Origin: Octopus bimaculoides | Lineage: Eukaryota | Length of the DNA: 38,259 nucleotides | Assembly: GCF_001194135.2 (NCBI RefSeq) | Contig: NC_068986.1 | Span: forward strand, 36,230,479 to 36,268,737 | Reading direction: 5' to 3' | Shown: positions 23,337 through 37,024 of the stretch, one piece after another | How positions within the stretch are numbered: position 1 is the first letter of the stretch | Layout of the letters: every line of letters begins with the position of its first letter | Position numbers and translations under genes: made by a program | The notes under the pieces: model-generated | Seen by the model: the letters and a program-made list of their open reading frames with translations, nothing else | Told to the model about the DNA's origin: nothing | The model's database searches: none

Positions 23337-24095
23337 GGTGGTGAGCTGGCGGAATCGTTAGCACACCAGGCGAAATGCTTAGAAGTATTTCGTCTGTCTG
23401 ACTTAACGCTCTGAGTTCAAATTCCGCTGGGGTCGACTATGCCTTTCATACTTCCGAAGTCGATAAGATAAGTATCCCGTAAATTTCAGGCCTTGTGCCT
23501 ATAAAAGAAAGGATAAAAATAATAATAATAATAATTATTATTATTATTATTATTAGCAGTAGTAGTTAGGCGGTGAGCTGGCTGAACAGCTAGAAACGCT
23601 GGGCAAAATGCTTAGGGGTACTTTGCCTATCATCATTTCGGTGTCCATAAAATAAGTATTCATGTGCCTATAACAGAAAGCCCTTCGGACAAAACGGTTA
23701 GCAGCGCTTCATCCACCTCCCGGCGCTCAGCATTCAAATACTGCTGAGGTCATCTTTACTTTTCATCTAAATACTGGGGCTGATATGATCGTCTACCCAC
23801 CACTCCCTAAAAATTACTGCTCTTGAGCCAAAATCTGAAATAATTATCACCATTAATATTATTGTTGGCAGCGAGCTGACAGAATCGTTAGCACGTCGGG
23901 CAAAATACCTTGCAGTATTTCACCCGTCTTCACGTTCTGAGTTCAAATTCCACCGAGATCGACGTTGCCTTTTATCCTCTCGGGTGTCGATAAATTAAGT
24001 ACCAGTCAGGTACTGGGGATCGATGTGTCCGACTTACTCCCTCCCCACAAATTTCGGGCCTTGTGCCTATTGTAGAAAGGATTATTGTTATTATA
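23337..24095 (+). mobile_element. Head-to-tail cluster of four SINE family A copies (starts about 23337, 23569, 23680, 23867)
   Basis: Repeated GGCGGTGAGCTGGCAGAATCGTTAGCAC-like heads, GAGTTCAAATTCC B box, GCCTTGTGCCTAT..GAAAGGAT tails and ATT-rich spacers. Confidence 0.9.
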
Positions 24096-24461
24096 ACCAG
24101 AATTTTCTGAAATCTCTTTGCAAACATGTCTATACCAAGTTGTTTTAACGGCGAGTTTAAAATAAGTAACGCGTCTTCTTTTATTTCAGATCTTTTGCTA
24201 AAATGTAAAATGAATCTACTTCATATTTACTGTTATCGAAGTTAAGGAAATTTTATTTTTTCCTTGTATCCATTGATAAATTAGCTATTAGATTAGTTCC
24301 TTCATACTCCAAGTGCTCGTTTATCTCTTTCTTTCGTCATAATTTTGTTCTCTTTTCCTCATTTTTCTTAATACAATCCGTCTTCTACATTTCTATGTTC
24401 TTTCTTCATTTTCCTTTACACATATCTCAAATGATTAAATTTGACACCGATAAATTTCTCT

Positions 24462-24472
24462 CTATCTGGTAC

Positions 24473-24527
<55 letters not shown>

Positions 24528-24535
24528 CATATCTA
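24462..24535. repeat. (ATCT)n microsatellite
   Basis: Direct reading. Confidence 0.95.
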
Positions 24536-25975
24536 TCAACTCATTCATTTGGCTTATTTATTCTTCCTCTCATTATTTTCCCAAACACTTGTAAACAACA
24601 ACTGCCATTTCCAACGAACTAATTTAGCATCTTATTTGAAATTCAACTGTTAGAAAACGTCCTTATAAAGAAACCTAATAAGCTGATAAATTCTTTGAGA
24701 ACTTTAATTGGTTGATGGACTTCTTGCCTATGAATCTGCACTTTGACTCACTCATATATATATATATATGTATATGCACACATATATGTGTGTGTATATA
24801 CAATATCTATCTGTCAATCTCTCTCCCTCTCTCTTTCTCTTCCCATCTCTCTCTCTCTCTCTCTTTATATATACATATGTGTGTGTGTGTGTTTGTTTGT
24901 TTTTTAAATAAAATGGGAGGACAAACCCAAGGTTATGTGGAATTTATAGGACATTTATAAAGAGAACGGTGAATGGAGGCATAACAACAAAGCCAAGACA
25001 GTGTAAGAATTCTAGGACATTTATAAAGAGAAAGGTAGGTTTACTGCTGTTCTGGGATATTACAGATATTCCTTCACCAGAGACGATATGAGAGAGTTAA
25101 CTGGAGAGAAATAGTAGAGTTCAATACAAGAAGTTCCTTTCGAAAAAGATGGGTATAGGAGGTATAAAGGGATATATGAGAATAAAAATAAAAGTAAAAA
25201 TATATGTAGAATGTTACAGTTGCAATTCCATTATCGAAGGAAAGTGCTGTGTAGAATGGGTAGAAATGCTTCTTGACCATGGTATGTAGATTCTGGTAGG
25301 GGTTCATATTTTGTTATTTGGAGTGGATAGTGTGGAGACATAAATTCCATGTGCTGTTTATTCAAAGGGGTCTTGTTTTGTGAATGAAATTTTGAGAATG
25401 TACTGCTAGGAGCAAGAAGATACAGAGAAGAGAATAGATATGTATGTTAGGAGGAGAATGGTATTAGTTAAAAGGAATAGGGGAGGAAAGAAGAAAGAAA
25501 GAAAAAAGAAAGAGGAAGAAAAATGATTGAAAGAGTGCTAGATGGTGGTCAAGATATTGTGAGGGAGATGGGATAGGAGAGCTATCAGGATAAAAGGAAT
25601 AGGGGAGGGATAGAAGGAAGAGATAAGAATGTCAGGAAGGAATATGGGAGAGAAATGGGAGGTAGGTGTTATGTTTGAAAGGATCTAAGGTGGGGAGATA
25701 GGTAGAGAAATGGAACAGTGGGATGTACTAACGTGAGTAGTAAACCTCAAAAAGGAAGGAAGAATAATAAGATATAATGGTCAAGTTTCAAAAAATAGAC
25801 GTAGGTATTGATTGTACTAGCTAAAGTGATAGTGAGGGCTGATGAATCAGAGAAAGAAAGATGTGTATATAGATATACACACGCGTGCACACATACATAT
25901 ATATGTGTATATGCACTATTATATAGGCCCGTATACTTATATATCTATAACCATAGGTGTTTTTTTTTTGTTTAG

Positions 25976-26115
25976 AAGTCAGTCGCAAGTGCGTATGACC
26001 TATTTGTTTCTACCACGCTTTCGCCATTTGTTGTCGGTACCTTTATCATTATAGACTCTTTCACAGCCCTGCTAGTCTTGGCCAAACGGATCCTCAAAGA
26101 GGTGGCAGTTGCAAG
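25976..26115 (-). mobile_element. Possible RTE LINE 3' remnant
   Basis: Minus strand gives RLAKT..ESIMIK/GTDNKWRKRGRNK, resembling LAKTI.QGTV.GKR.RGR. Confidence 0.35.
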
Positions 26116-26648
26116 GTAGTCAGCTGGTTCCTATTCCCAACTGAATATTCGATTACAGGTACCACTAGAAAATGCAGCATCGTCTTACGCTTACACAAAC
26201 ATTCACGTGTGTGTATGTATGTATGTATGTATATTTGTGTGTCAGCACGTAGATATAGTTGACAGATTCAATGATATATCAGCAGTAATTTTAAGCTGTT
26301 GTAATATCAATCATTCAAAGTCAGCTGATACTAGAATTTTAGTTTAATTAATGTTTGTTTCAGACAAAATATAACAATAAAACTTCAATTGTTAGTTTCC
26401 TTTAAAAAATAATATTTTAATTAATTTTATGCTTGTAAATATTTACTGCCTTCTGTTGAAATTCGGCGCGCGATATTTACAAGATTGACGAGTGTTTCTA
26501 GTTATACTAATCTAAACAAATCTTGAGAGGAAATGTTATTTACGTTCATTTGTACGGAAGGATTTCCTGATGGAAACTTTCCCATCTTCACATCTTGAGC
26601 ATTTTATGCTACCCCACTGTAATTGTTACAATTCTGGATAGTGAGTAA

Positions 26649-27062
26649 GGTGGCGAGCTGGCAGAAACGTTAGCACACCGGGCGAAATGCTTAGCACTAT
26701 TTCGTCTGCCGTTACGTTCTGAGTTCAAATTCCATCGAGGTCGACTTTGCCTTTCATTCTTTCGGGGTCGATAAATTAAGTGCCAGTTACGCACTCGGGA
26801 GTTGATGTAATCGAGTTAATCCCTTTTGTCTGTCCTTGTTTGTCCCCTCTATGTTTAGCCCCTAAATAAGAAACGTTAGCATGCTGGGCGAAATCTTAGC
26901 AGTATTTCGTCTGTCTTTACGTTCTGAGTTCAAATTCTGCCGCGGTTGACTTTACATTTGATCGTTTCAGGGTTCGATAAATTAAGTACCAGTTGTGTAC
27001 TGGGGGTTGATCTAATCGACTGGTCTCCCCCCAAAACAATTTTGGGCCTTGTGCCTAGAATA
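26649..27062 (+). mobile_element. Tandem pair of SINE family A copies with different 3' tails
   Basis: Copy 1 (26649-26862) ends ..GTCCCCTCTATGTTTAGCCCCT; copy 2 (about 26869-27062) starts mid-head and ends GGGCCTTGTGCCTAGAA. Confidence 0.9.
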
Positions 27063-27619
27063 AAAACGAATTCTGCATGGTGAGTGACATTGGTAAGGAT
27101 GTAACATTGAAGTTCATGAAATTTCACTTACACACGGTTTACTAGTTAAAAGCAAGAGATTAAAAACTGACAAAATACTAAACGATGTAGTTAAGAAAAT
27201 ATGGACTAATCCATGGTGTGTTAAATACTTAAAACTACTGAGGTTTCATGTAGAAGATTTTTGTCATTGCTGCTATTGGCCACGGGTTACAACTGATCAA
27301 GTTGATCTATATTCAAAAATATTCTAGGCTTGATCACACAACTCTTTTTGGGTAACTATCATTCTAAAGTACTGTAATATAATCTGAAGGTTGTTTAGCT
27401 AATATTTCCATCACATCCACTGCTATTGCATTTAGATACTATGATTGTTTTATCATTGTTGTTTATGTTATACTTTGCTTTGTCAGGAACTGCGTCAAGG
27501 CTTTTTACTTAGCGTTTTACTTTGAACAATTCTTTGATCAGTAATTATATCTTTTAGTTCATTACTTCCATGTTAAGGATGATAAGGAAATTTGATATGG
27601 CGTAGTTAAAGGCATTTTG

Positions 27620-28000
27620 GTGACATGGGATGTATCACTACAAATGGTAAGATGCTCTGTTCTAGTGTCCTTATTTCTCGGGTTTTTTACGCTTTCCTAT
27701 AAGTACTGTGAAGGGATGGATATTTTTGTATGGTTGGATTTTTTGTTTCAATAGATATCTTTTGCGTTCTCTGAGATATTTGTCTTTGGTATCTCCATCA
27801 TGAACAATAGTACAAATTTATCTGGTTAAGCAGTTTGGGATATTCTATTTCGAATGTGTTGGCATGATTTAAAGTTAAGTGTATTTGTATCTGTACGGTA
27901 TATATCAGTAGTCATGGTGATATCATATGTCCAAGAAATGGTGACATTGTATCGCTCATCTTTGTAAGTTAGATGCAAATTGTTTAAAAGTATCTACAAA
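27620..28000 (-). pseudogene. Degraded Penelope-like RT domain 7/thumb fragment (Neptune-type)
   Basis: Across frameshifts: LNNLH, TTDIYR, TLNFKSC, ICTIVHDGDTKDKYLRERKRYLLKQK. Confidence 0.65.
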
Positions 28001-28093
28001 TTTTATCCAGAGTAGGAAACAATTATGAAGATGTGTGTGTGTGTGTATATATATGTGTGTGTATGTATGTATGTATGAATGTAGGTATGTATG

Positions 28094-28124
<31 letters not shown>

Positions 28125-29349
28125 GTATGTATATATGTAAGTATGTAGGCATACAGACCTGAAGTCAGTCAACCACCATTTGTTTATTGAAAAACATTAT
28201 TTTAAATTTGTTTGATCATTGACATTCATCAAGTAGAAGTAAGGATACGCTTTGGATGTCTGTTTGTTTATCGTTTAAAACTGTTTTACGAAGCTTTTCT
28301 GACGTCGGTATAAATAATTACGATCAAAAGTATCACACAAGACAAACTAAACGATATGGCAAAAAAAATACAAAAATAATCCCAACAGAGCGTATTGTAA
28401 GATACAAAATGTTATGAATTATATTAATTTTACCTATTACGTTTATGTTTTTGATTTATTTTTTAAAAGAATAATACCATACAAGAACTTTATACTTTTG
28501 TGTTTTAATGTTAATCAATATCATACTACTATTAGCTTTAAAAGACGATATATTCAATGGTTTCTTAGTCGCACACAGATTGTAAACAAGAATAACTTGG
28601 GAATCAAGTGGCTCACCAGGAGAGCGACGAATCGCGTTGTACATCTCACAGTTTCAACTCAATTCACCCTCCACGATTTTCAATTTGAACTTGGATGTAC
28701 TTGAAAGTCGGCTACTGCTGTTAATGCTACCTATTCAATAATTGCTTTGCTTAAGCACCTGTCAATTTTCTCACTGAATTAGCCCCGAAAGTTCTCCTTT
28801 TTTAACCTTCATTAGCGTGCAACTGAATTTATTATTGTTCATGACTCATAAACAAATTTTATCCATTTAGGTTAACCTACTAGGTGCTCTACGTTGACTG
28901 TACCTCTGAATTATAGAATTAATTAAATTGTGTGTGTTAATAAAATCAGCTAAAATCGTTAACAATTTTCCAAGGGTGTCTGCCCTACAATAAGAGAAAT
29001 ATATAAAATTGGTATTATCTAAACGGTTACGAACCAAGAGTCTGCAATTTTCTCTTGAAATAAACACAACATGAACTAATGATTTCGTCTTTTTTTACGT
29101 CTTCAATTTCGGGGGTTCATTGAAAGTCTCAAATATACCAATACCTATGATCATACTTGCTATGTCATATTTTCTCCTCATGGTCGTTCTTCATCAACTG
29201 GAATTTCTTCATCCTATTCAGTCAATCATTCAGTCAGTCAGTCATTCAGTCACCCACCCACTCACTGTGTGCTGAGACCTATTTCAAATATTTGTGGAAA
29301 CAATCCATCATGTGTGTTTGGGTGTGTATGTATATGTGTATGTGTGTGT

Positions 29350-29351
<2 letters not shown>

Positions 29352-29411
<60 letters not shown>

Positions 29412-29429
29412 TAGAGAGAGAGAGATGGA

Positions 29430-29460
<31 letters not shown>
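29352..29460. repeat. (AG)n microsatellite
   Basis: Direct reading. Confidence 0.95.
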
Positions 29461-29461
<1 letters not shown>

Positions 29462-30628
29462 CTATTCATATCAGCACAAATTTCTGTTTGAAGTATCCAA
29501 CTGCTGGATATTCCTTCGAAGCACAATTTGCAGCAAAAGGAAATGCTTCCAAATATAGTTGTAGCGAAATATTTGAAAATATGACGCATAAATTTCCTTA
29601 TTAAATAAAGACTTGAAGAAATTACGACGCTTAACAAGGTATTCTGTACTTACGGCTAAATTTAAGAAATTTAAGAAATCGGCATCTATTATGAAGACTT
29701 ACAAGGTTCATATATGAAGTGCGTTCTATTGAATTGGTCAGTTATGTTATGTAGTATGGTGTGGAATAGGATGATATTTTAGATTTCCTTTTAAAAGTGA
29801 CAGCTTGTGTAGTTTTGCGGAAAGCCCTCGCGAAATAATTATTTCCAACAGAAAGATCTTTCATTAAAGGCCTCTTACAAAGACTGCATGTTAAGGTAAC
29901 TTACTATAAACAGCTGGAGGAAGTTTAATAATTAATGTATGATTAGAGGAACATTTTAGTTAATGCAAAGTATTCTAACAAAAAACAAATATTATATTCA
30001 AGTTTTTATCTATTTGGGGAAAACTATTAATTGGACATCTTCTGTATGGCTTGGAGGAAAAAGAAATTGATGTATTCAAAGTGTTTTAATATTTATCCAA
30101 TATTATTATTCAATCAATGCTAGTTTGTATTCAGTTCCGAGGTTGTAACCATTAACTTCATGAGTGATTGGACATTTCACTTCTAGTATCAAACGTTTAT
30201 CGTAATAAAGTCTCGTTGTTTACCGCGAAAATGTAATAGTCTTGCTGACGTGAACCGGTTGATCAGCAACTATCATATTATGTAGAAACAGACGGTTTTC
30301 GGCAAATTCGTGTATGTTTAACACATCGTCAATTGCTTTAGTGCTTGATAGAAGAAAAACGATTTGATGGAAACAGTAAGTGTGTATGACACACTCCCCA
30401 GGTATACTGGATGGATGTATATTATTCCATATATAAAATTACATATTTATCTGAAAGTTTGACATAATGTAAGTGCACTTTATGTGTTCATGCATCTCAA
30501 TCACTATATCATTGTATATGCTTTCATATAGATACACGCATGCATACATACAAACATACATACATACATAAGATATATATATGTATATATATTCGAATAT
30601 GAATATGTATATATGTATATATGTATAC

Positions 30629-30679
<51 letters not shown>

Positions 30680-30880
30680 NNNNNNNNNNNNNNNNNNNNN
30701 NNNNNNNNNNNNNNNNNNNNNNNNNNNNNNNNNNNNNNNNNNNNNNNNNNNNNNNNNNNNNNNNNNNNNNNNNNNNNNNNNNNNNNNNNNNNNNNNNNNN
30801 NNNNNNNNNNNNNNNNNNNNNNNNNNNNNNNNNNNNNNNNNNNNNNNNNNNNNNNNNNNNNNNNNNNNNNNNNNNNNNNN

Positions 30881-30948
<68 letters not shown>

Positions 30949-32430
30949 GAAAAGATACTTTAAAGACTTCGAGGAAGCTATACGAAGCTGCGCAATCATG
31001 GATGTCTGGATTAGATAATCCCTTAAGCAGAAACAGCTGTAGGCTAATAAGGCTGCATATTTAATACTTGTTCTGTAGTCATTTATTAATATTACGGGCT
31101 GTATTCTTTTACCGTTTTACCTAAAGCTTTAGTATATTGTGTCGTAACCACTTCATATTAGTATGACTATGACTTTACGTTAGCATAATATTTGTAAATC
31201 CATTTTATAAGCCTTGCTCTAGGATAAATGAGAATATGTTTACATTGTTTACATTCATATTTAATTACCCCGAAGCTTTAAGATATTTAAGTATAATTAA
31301 CTTCTGAATTAAGTTGCCTTGTTCATTTATACACATGTAGGTACATATGTGTATATGTGTGTGTGAGATTGTTTATATATATATATATATCATCATGCCA
31401 AAAACTGAATGATACGTGAATAATATATATATANNNNNNNNNNNNNNNNNNNNNNNNNNNNNNNNNNNNNNNNNNNNNNNNNNNNNNNNNNNNNNNNNNN
31501 NNNNNNNNNNNNNNNNNNNNNNNNNNNNNNNNNNNNNNNNNNNNNNNNNNNNNNNNNNNNNNNNNNNNNNNNNNNNNNNNNNNNNNNNNNNNNNNNNNNN
31601 NNNNNNNNNNNNNNNNNNNNNNNNNTATATATATCAAGATTTATACATTAAAATAAGTATGGAAAATCAACGTTTACATCTAAATTTATATTCTATGTGT
31701 CAAGCTACTTATTGAACATAACATTACACTGAAATTTGAATTGAATCCATTTCGAGAAGTCCTTCGCTCGTCTCGAGTAGAAACTGCTCACATTGTATTT
31801 ACGAAATATTTATTCATATCATTAGTATGAGTGTGTGTGTGTGTGTGCGTGTGTGTGTGTGTGTGTGTGCGTGTGTATGTGTGTGTGTGTCTGCGTGTGT
31901 GTGTGTGTGTGTGTGAGAGCTTCTGTACGTGTGCGTGTATGCGTGTGTACGCATGTTTGTGTGTGTATGTGAGTATGCATGTGCGTATTATTCATATATC
32001 TCATTTACGTTTAGAATACTGAGATATTTATCTTCTTATCGATCTGAAGCGGTCTATTGATTTTCTAAAATGTATTTATTGATTTATCCGGCCACTTATT
32101 TATCTGTCGATACTGTAATTTTCTACAAGTTTGAATTCACATCATAATTCATACCTGTTTATGGGCGGCTGCTTATTTCTGTCCGTGTCTCACGAGAAAG
32201 GCATAATATGTAAACCTAACATGGGGTGATTTATAATGCAATGGAATAAAATTCACTACAATGCCCTGCACACTAAACAGATTAGGTTGTAAAAGTGTGT
32301 AATAAGAAAACGACAAGGATAATGGTTATCGGACATCATAGCAGCTGAATACTTCAAGAATGAATTTTTGAAAAACGAAATAGATATCACAAGCCACACA
32401 ACCCACACGCACGTACACACACACACTCAG

Positions 32431-32462
<32 letters not shown>

Positions 32463-33252
32463 TCAGAAACACACACTCACGCACACACAGACACTTGTAC
32501 ATACACATGAAAACACAAGAAGCCTGAAAAGGACTTTTACAAAAACCGGAGAAATAGATCTCAATATATATAAATATATATATGTATATATATATAGACC
32601 AGAATGCTTCAATTTTTATGACTGAGAAGATGCATCAGTGACTGAAGGTCTGAGAGTTCTATGCAAGAGCATAGCACTTTCACGAAGCTCTGAAGCTATG
32701 AGTCGCAGATTTCGCACATATACAAACACATCCACGAATATTCTCATATATGCATATTCCATTAAATTTCCATATAGTTCTGTAAATCTGAAATAATCAT
32801 TATAAAACATTGAATCTAACTTAAAATAAATGTTTAAAAAAAGATTATTTCTGTCATGATGTACATTTTTGATGTACATTTATGCAAAAAGCGAGCAAAA
32901 CAAATGAAATGTGCGTATGAAAGACAGAAAAAAACCCTCATTCATTCATGAACAAATATATTGCAAAAAAAAATGCATTTCTTTTTATTCTACAATTTCG
33001 CACAGCATATTTTTATGGTTATTACGACCTACACGTGTTTCCACTGCACAGAGTACGGGTAGTTGCACATGCAACCGGACATACTTTTCTGTACGCAGAG
33101 TCGTTCAGTGTCTGTCCACATGCTAGTCTCGAACCGAAAAATATGCGGTATCAAATTGTAAGTAAAATAAGAGGAAATAAAATTTGAGGATGAACAATTT
33201 CTATATTTTATATATTTATAACTATATAACTATTGCTTATACACACACACAT

Positions 33253-33335
<83 letters not shown>

Positions 33336-33559
33336 TATGTATGTTATATTCTGTTAAGAACGTAGTAAAATACAGTATAAAACTTGCCCCCCTTCAGGTT
33401 TCATCTGGTGCTCTTCAGTGGTAGTATTATATGCGCTGCCAGATTTGCGATTTGACTTCTGTAGTGCGTGAATAAATAATTGAATAAATTGGAGTCAACA
33501 AGGAGTACGGTTGGACATTTAATTGTAATCACAACAATTGTTTCACTCAATTGTTTGAG

Positions 33560-33662
33560 TGAAATAAAGCATCTTGCTTTAGGACACTATGCTCGTGTTG
33601 AGAATCGAACTCAAGACCTTACGATTATGAGTCGAACACCGTAACCACTAAGTCACGCATCT
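33560..33662 (-). mobile_element. tRNA-derived SINE head
   Basis: Reverse complement TGACTTAGTGGTTACGGTGTTCGACTCATAATCGTAAGGTCTTGAGTTCGATTCTC, followed by GTGTCCTAAAGCAAGATGCTT. Confidence 0.75.
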
Positions 33663-34029
33663 TTAGCAATTTAACAATGGAGAATAACAGGTGTTTCTAT
33701 GCCAGTGCTAGTTTTTTTGTTGGTCAGTGAACGATTGCCAATCATAGGTAATCAGTCGATTGTTATTGATTTTATTATTGATATAAATTTTGGCAGTAGC
33801 TATTCCTGGCTTGTTATTTCAGAAATGATACGTTCAATTTATTTCCATCTTCTTTTCACATTATATAATTACCATTCTTGTTTTTGATGTTGTTGTTTAG
33901 CCACAAGTCAGCTGTGACTGAGCTGGACTAATATCAAGAGCATCCTGGTCACCACGATTCCGTTTTTTTCTTTAATTCAGCATAATTATCCAATGAATTT
34001 TTGTTTTTATTCTTACTCGCTGATTTTAG

Positions 34030-34330
34030 AGGAAGGGCCATTCTTCCTGAACTTTGCACGTCTTCCGAGACCGGTGAACTCGATGCCATTAATTTTCGAT
34101 TTAAACTGATGCAAGTCGACGCTTGCAACGAAAATATGCTCAGGAAGAAAATTCCAGAGGAGGAAAAACTAAGTGGCGTCGTCAGTGCTGTGTAGAAAAG
34201 TAGTTCCAAACAAGAAGTGTAGCGAGAGGTGCATAGGAAGTGCCCAAATAATGGCAATAAATTAACAACCAGCATAGAGGAACAGACGCCATTATATTTG
34301 CGATGGACGAGTACAATTTGAACCGAAGGA
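34030..34330 (+). mobile_element. Degraded RTE-like LINE 3' remnant
   Basis: AILPELCTSSETGEL..KLMQV..ENMLRKKI resembles V.P.LLYGSETW.L..KL....MLR.I. Confidence 0.45.
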
Positions 34331-34514
34331 TATTGACTGCTATTTCTAACACATCCTTATAGTTAACAGCAGTGGATTTAGAAGCAGCTTACTTTCTACA
34401 TTTGTTTAATTTTGTTGCATTTCAAAGTTACATATTTTGGTGCTGAACTGGATACTGGTGATATCATTGCACATACACACATGCATATATAAATGTGTAT
34501 ATACGTAATTAGTA

Positions 34515-34928
34515 TTCTTTTACTCTTTTACTCTTTTATTTGTTTCAGTCATTTGACTGCGGCCATGCTGGAGCACCGCCTTTAGTCGAGCAAATCGACC
34601 CCAGGACTTATTCTTTGTAAGCCTAGTACTTATTCTATCTATCTTTCCAGCCGAACCGCTAATTTAAGGGGACGTAAACACACCAGCATCGGTTGTCAAG
34701 CGATGTTGGGGGGACAAACACAGACACACAAACATATACATACACATACACATATACATATATACGACAGGCTTCTTTCAGTTTCCGTCTACCAAATACA
34801 CTCACAAGGCTTTCGTCGGCCCGAGGCTGTAGTAGAAGACATTTGCCCAAGGTGCCACGCAGTGGGACTGAACCCGGAACAATGTGGTTGGTAAGCAAGC
34901 TACTTACTATACAGCCACGCATGCGCCT
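34515..34928 (-). mobile_element. Full-length tRNA-derived SINE family B
   Basis: Head AGGCGCATGCGTGGCTGTATAGTAAG..GGGTTCAGTCCC; central GCACCTTGGGCAAATGTCTT; internal TG-rich tract; tail (AGTAAAAG)n. No TSD found. Confidence 0.92.
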
Positions 34929-35019
34929 AACCAAAACCCACTTAACCAAAACCCTAATTATCCTCTCTCCCATCTGAAAGGTACTGGCTAAACATTAATA
35001 TTCGTAAATCAATCACAAA

Positions 35020-35270
35020 AATTAGACCGCCTCATACATATCTATACTACACTACTCTTTACTTTATTTTATCTTCTTTTAGTTTCATTCATTTTATTTC
35101 CATCTCCTCCCAATACCATCCCAAACTCTCCTACTAACAGAGTTACCCTGTTATCTTACAATAGCTAAATATTCTCTCAATATTTCGTCTTCAAAACTGC
35201 ATCTCTCTTGAAACGCCCTTACTATTCACGCTCGTCCCTTTCGACATCGTTTCCTATATAATCAGAGTGA
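35020..35270 (-). mobile_element. Possible RTE-like 3' remnant
   Basis: EEMEIK..EDKIK.RVV*YRYV.RR resembles ..EKI.E.RLRWYGHV.RR. Confidence 0.3.
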
Positions 35271-35980
35271 AAGTCAGCTGTATTAACGAAATAGCCTTCG
35301 AGAGTCAGTCCTATCTAGCATAGCTTTTCAGAGTATGCCATCTAAGACAATACGAATATCAGTGATGCACTGATTTCATCTATGTTTTATCAGTAGGTAT
35401 AACTAATCGATTTAACCTCTGACGTTTAATATTGATTTTCGACTAATATCGGATTAAATGGAGTGAAGCAATTTAAAGATACAGTCCTGCAAATAGTTAT
35501 TTAGTAGATTGTAGAGATTACAAAATATTACGAGAGTTTCAAAAATTATGAAGTTTCCACTGCAACTGTTAAAGGGAAGCAACAATATAAAAAATAGATA
35601 TTAAAATAAACGTAATCGACATTCAATAGAAAACAAATATATTCCTTCTTAGAATTACAAATCGATTTGGATAGATTATCATCAAACTATTTTTAGTTTA
35701 TGTCTAAATTAAGTGCATCAGTAAATTTGCACAGAGACTTATGGTATTATCGAATAATAGAAGTCACATCTCCATTTTTATGGTTCGGACCTCATAATAG
35801 AAACAGATTCAAAAGGTGAAAAATTTATCTGTAATTTTTAAAAAATGTTAGTCCTCGTCTAGGGAGGATTGTATCGTGTACAACGTTGATCACTGTTCAT
35901 AATCTTAAACTAAACTAACAACAGCAGAAAATATTGCAATGAATATGGTTGTTAAAATACTATTAGATACAAGTCCCCAA

Positions 35981-36190
35981 ACTGGCAGAAGCGCGAGCTC
36001 TTCGGAGAATATGCTTAGTGGCATTTCAATTTAACCCGAAGTTAAAGTTCTGAGTTCAAATTTGATCGCGGTCGACTTTGCAGTTATCCTTTCGAAGTCC
36101 ATAATACTAGTGTTAGTCAAGCAATGGGGATCAGGCAACCGATATTCCTCTCGCCTCCAAATTGCTTGTCTTGTGGCAAAATATGAAACC
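35981..36190 (+). mobile_element. Degenerate SINE family A
   Basis: CTGGCAGAA..ATGCTTAG..GTTCTGAGTTCAAATT..GGTCGACTTTGC..GTCTTGTGGCAAAATATGAAAC. Confidence 0.7.
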
Positions 36191-37024
36191 CTATCATCGT
36201 TTTGTCCTATAGGCGCACGTTGGCGAGGGGTTAAAATCAAATGTATTCCAACTGCAACCACTCGGCTGAAGTTGGGGATTTGTGCGTAGTACTATATAAT
36301 TTCCTATTGAAGGCGGTCGGGTATAACTTGAGATTTGGCTGCCACTTCTAGCATGTCTCATTTAACTGACGCATGAATGCTATCTATAATGATGGCATAA
36401 ATGATCTCAAAACTTATTACTCATACCAATTTTAAGTCGATAACTTGAAGAAAGCTTTTAAACGTGACATCTATTTTACATTTTGAATAACCATTCTTGC
36501 GTTCAGCAAAATAAGCATGAAGTTATCAATGCTAGGATGTTAAGATAAACACTACAGACAACATAACACGATTGCTAACAAGCGGCGGAAGAGAAAATTT
36601 ATCACTTTTATAATTCATAGGAAAAGAATGTAAAACGACTTCAATGCTAAAGAAGGGCAACGACTTCACAATATGAACAAATTAAGATAGTAGCCAATAG
36701 AAACATAATTATCTTTAAACAAAATAAAAAAATGTGTTTGCCGTATGATTTTAATTTTATTCATAATTTTATTTTGTCAGTAGTAAGGGGAATTCACATT
36801 TCCCATAATAATATTGAAGTTTTGTTATATTATTCTTAATGTCAAGCTTCCGTTATCCTCTAGGATCGTGCTTTTTTTTTTCTTGGTTATTCGTTAAAGC
36901 AATACTGTGAAATAAACTTTAAAAGTGGTGTACTGCATTTTTCACGATGTGAGTAATAATATGCTTCATGATAGCGTTAGTAATTAAAAAGAAAATACTT
37001 TTGGTTTTATATTAGCAATGATAG

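Noticed and set aside
25976-26115. Plus-strand exon candidate with good acceptor, open frame and GT donor
   Set aside because: Peptide unrecognised; the opposite strand shows RTE 3' motifs, a simpler explanation. RNA-seq junctions would overturn this.
28450-29070. Possible third GPCR TM5-TM7 remnant on the minus strand
   Set aside because: Only generic hydrophobicity, no diagnostic motif; needs a frameshift-aware 7tm_1 search.
32911-33187. Cys-containing short ORFs (STGSCTCNRTYF) resembling an EGF-like motif
   Set aside because: Cys spacing incomplete, no splice framework, too short to support.
33385-33425. Minus-strand CTGAAGAGC..GAAAC
   Set aside because: Stem II does not pair and there is no NUH site.
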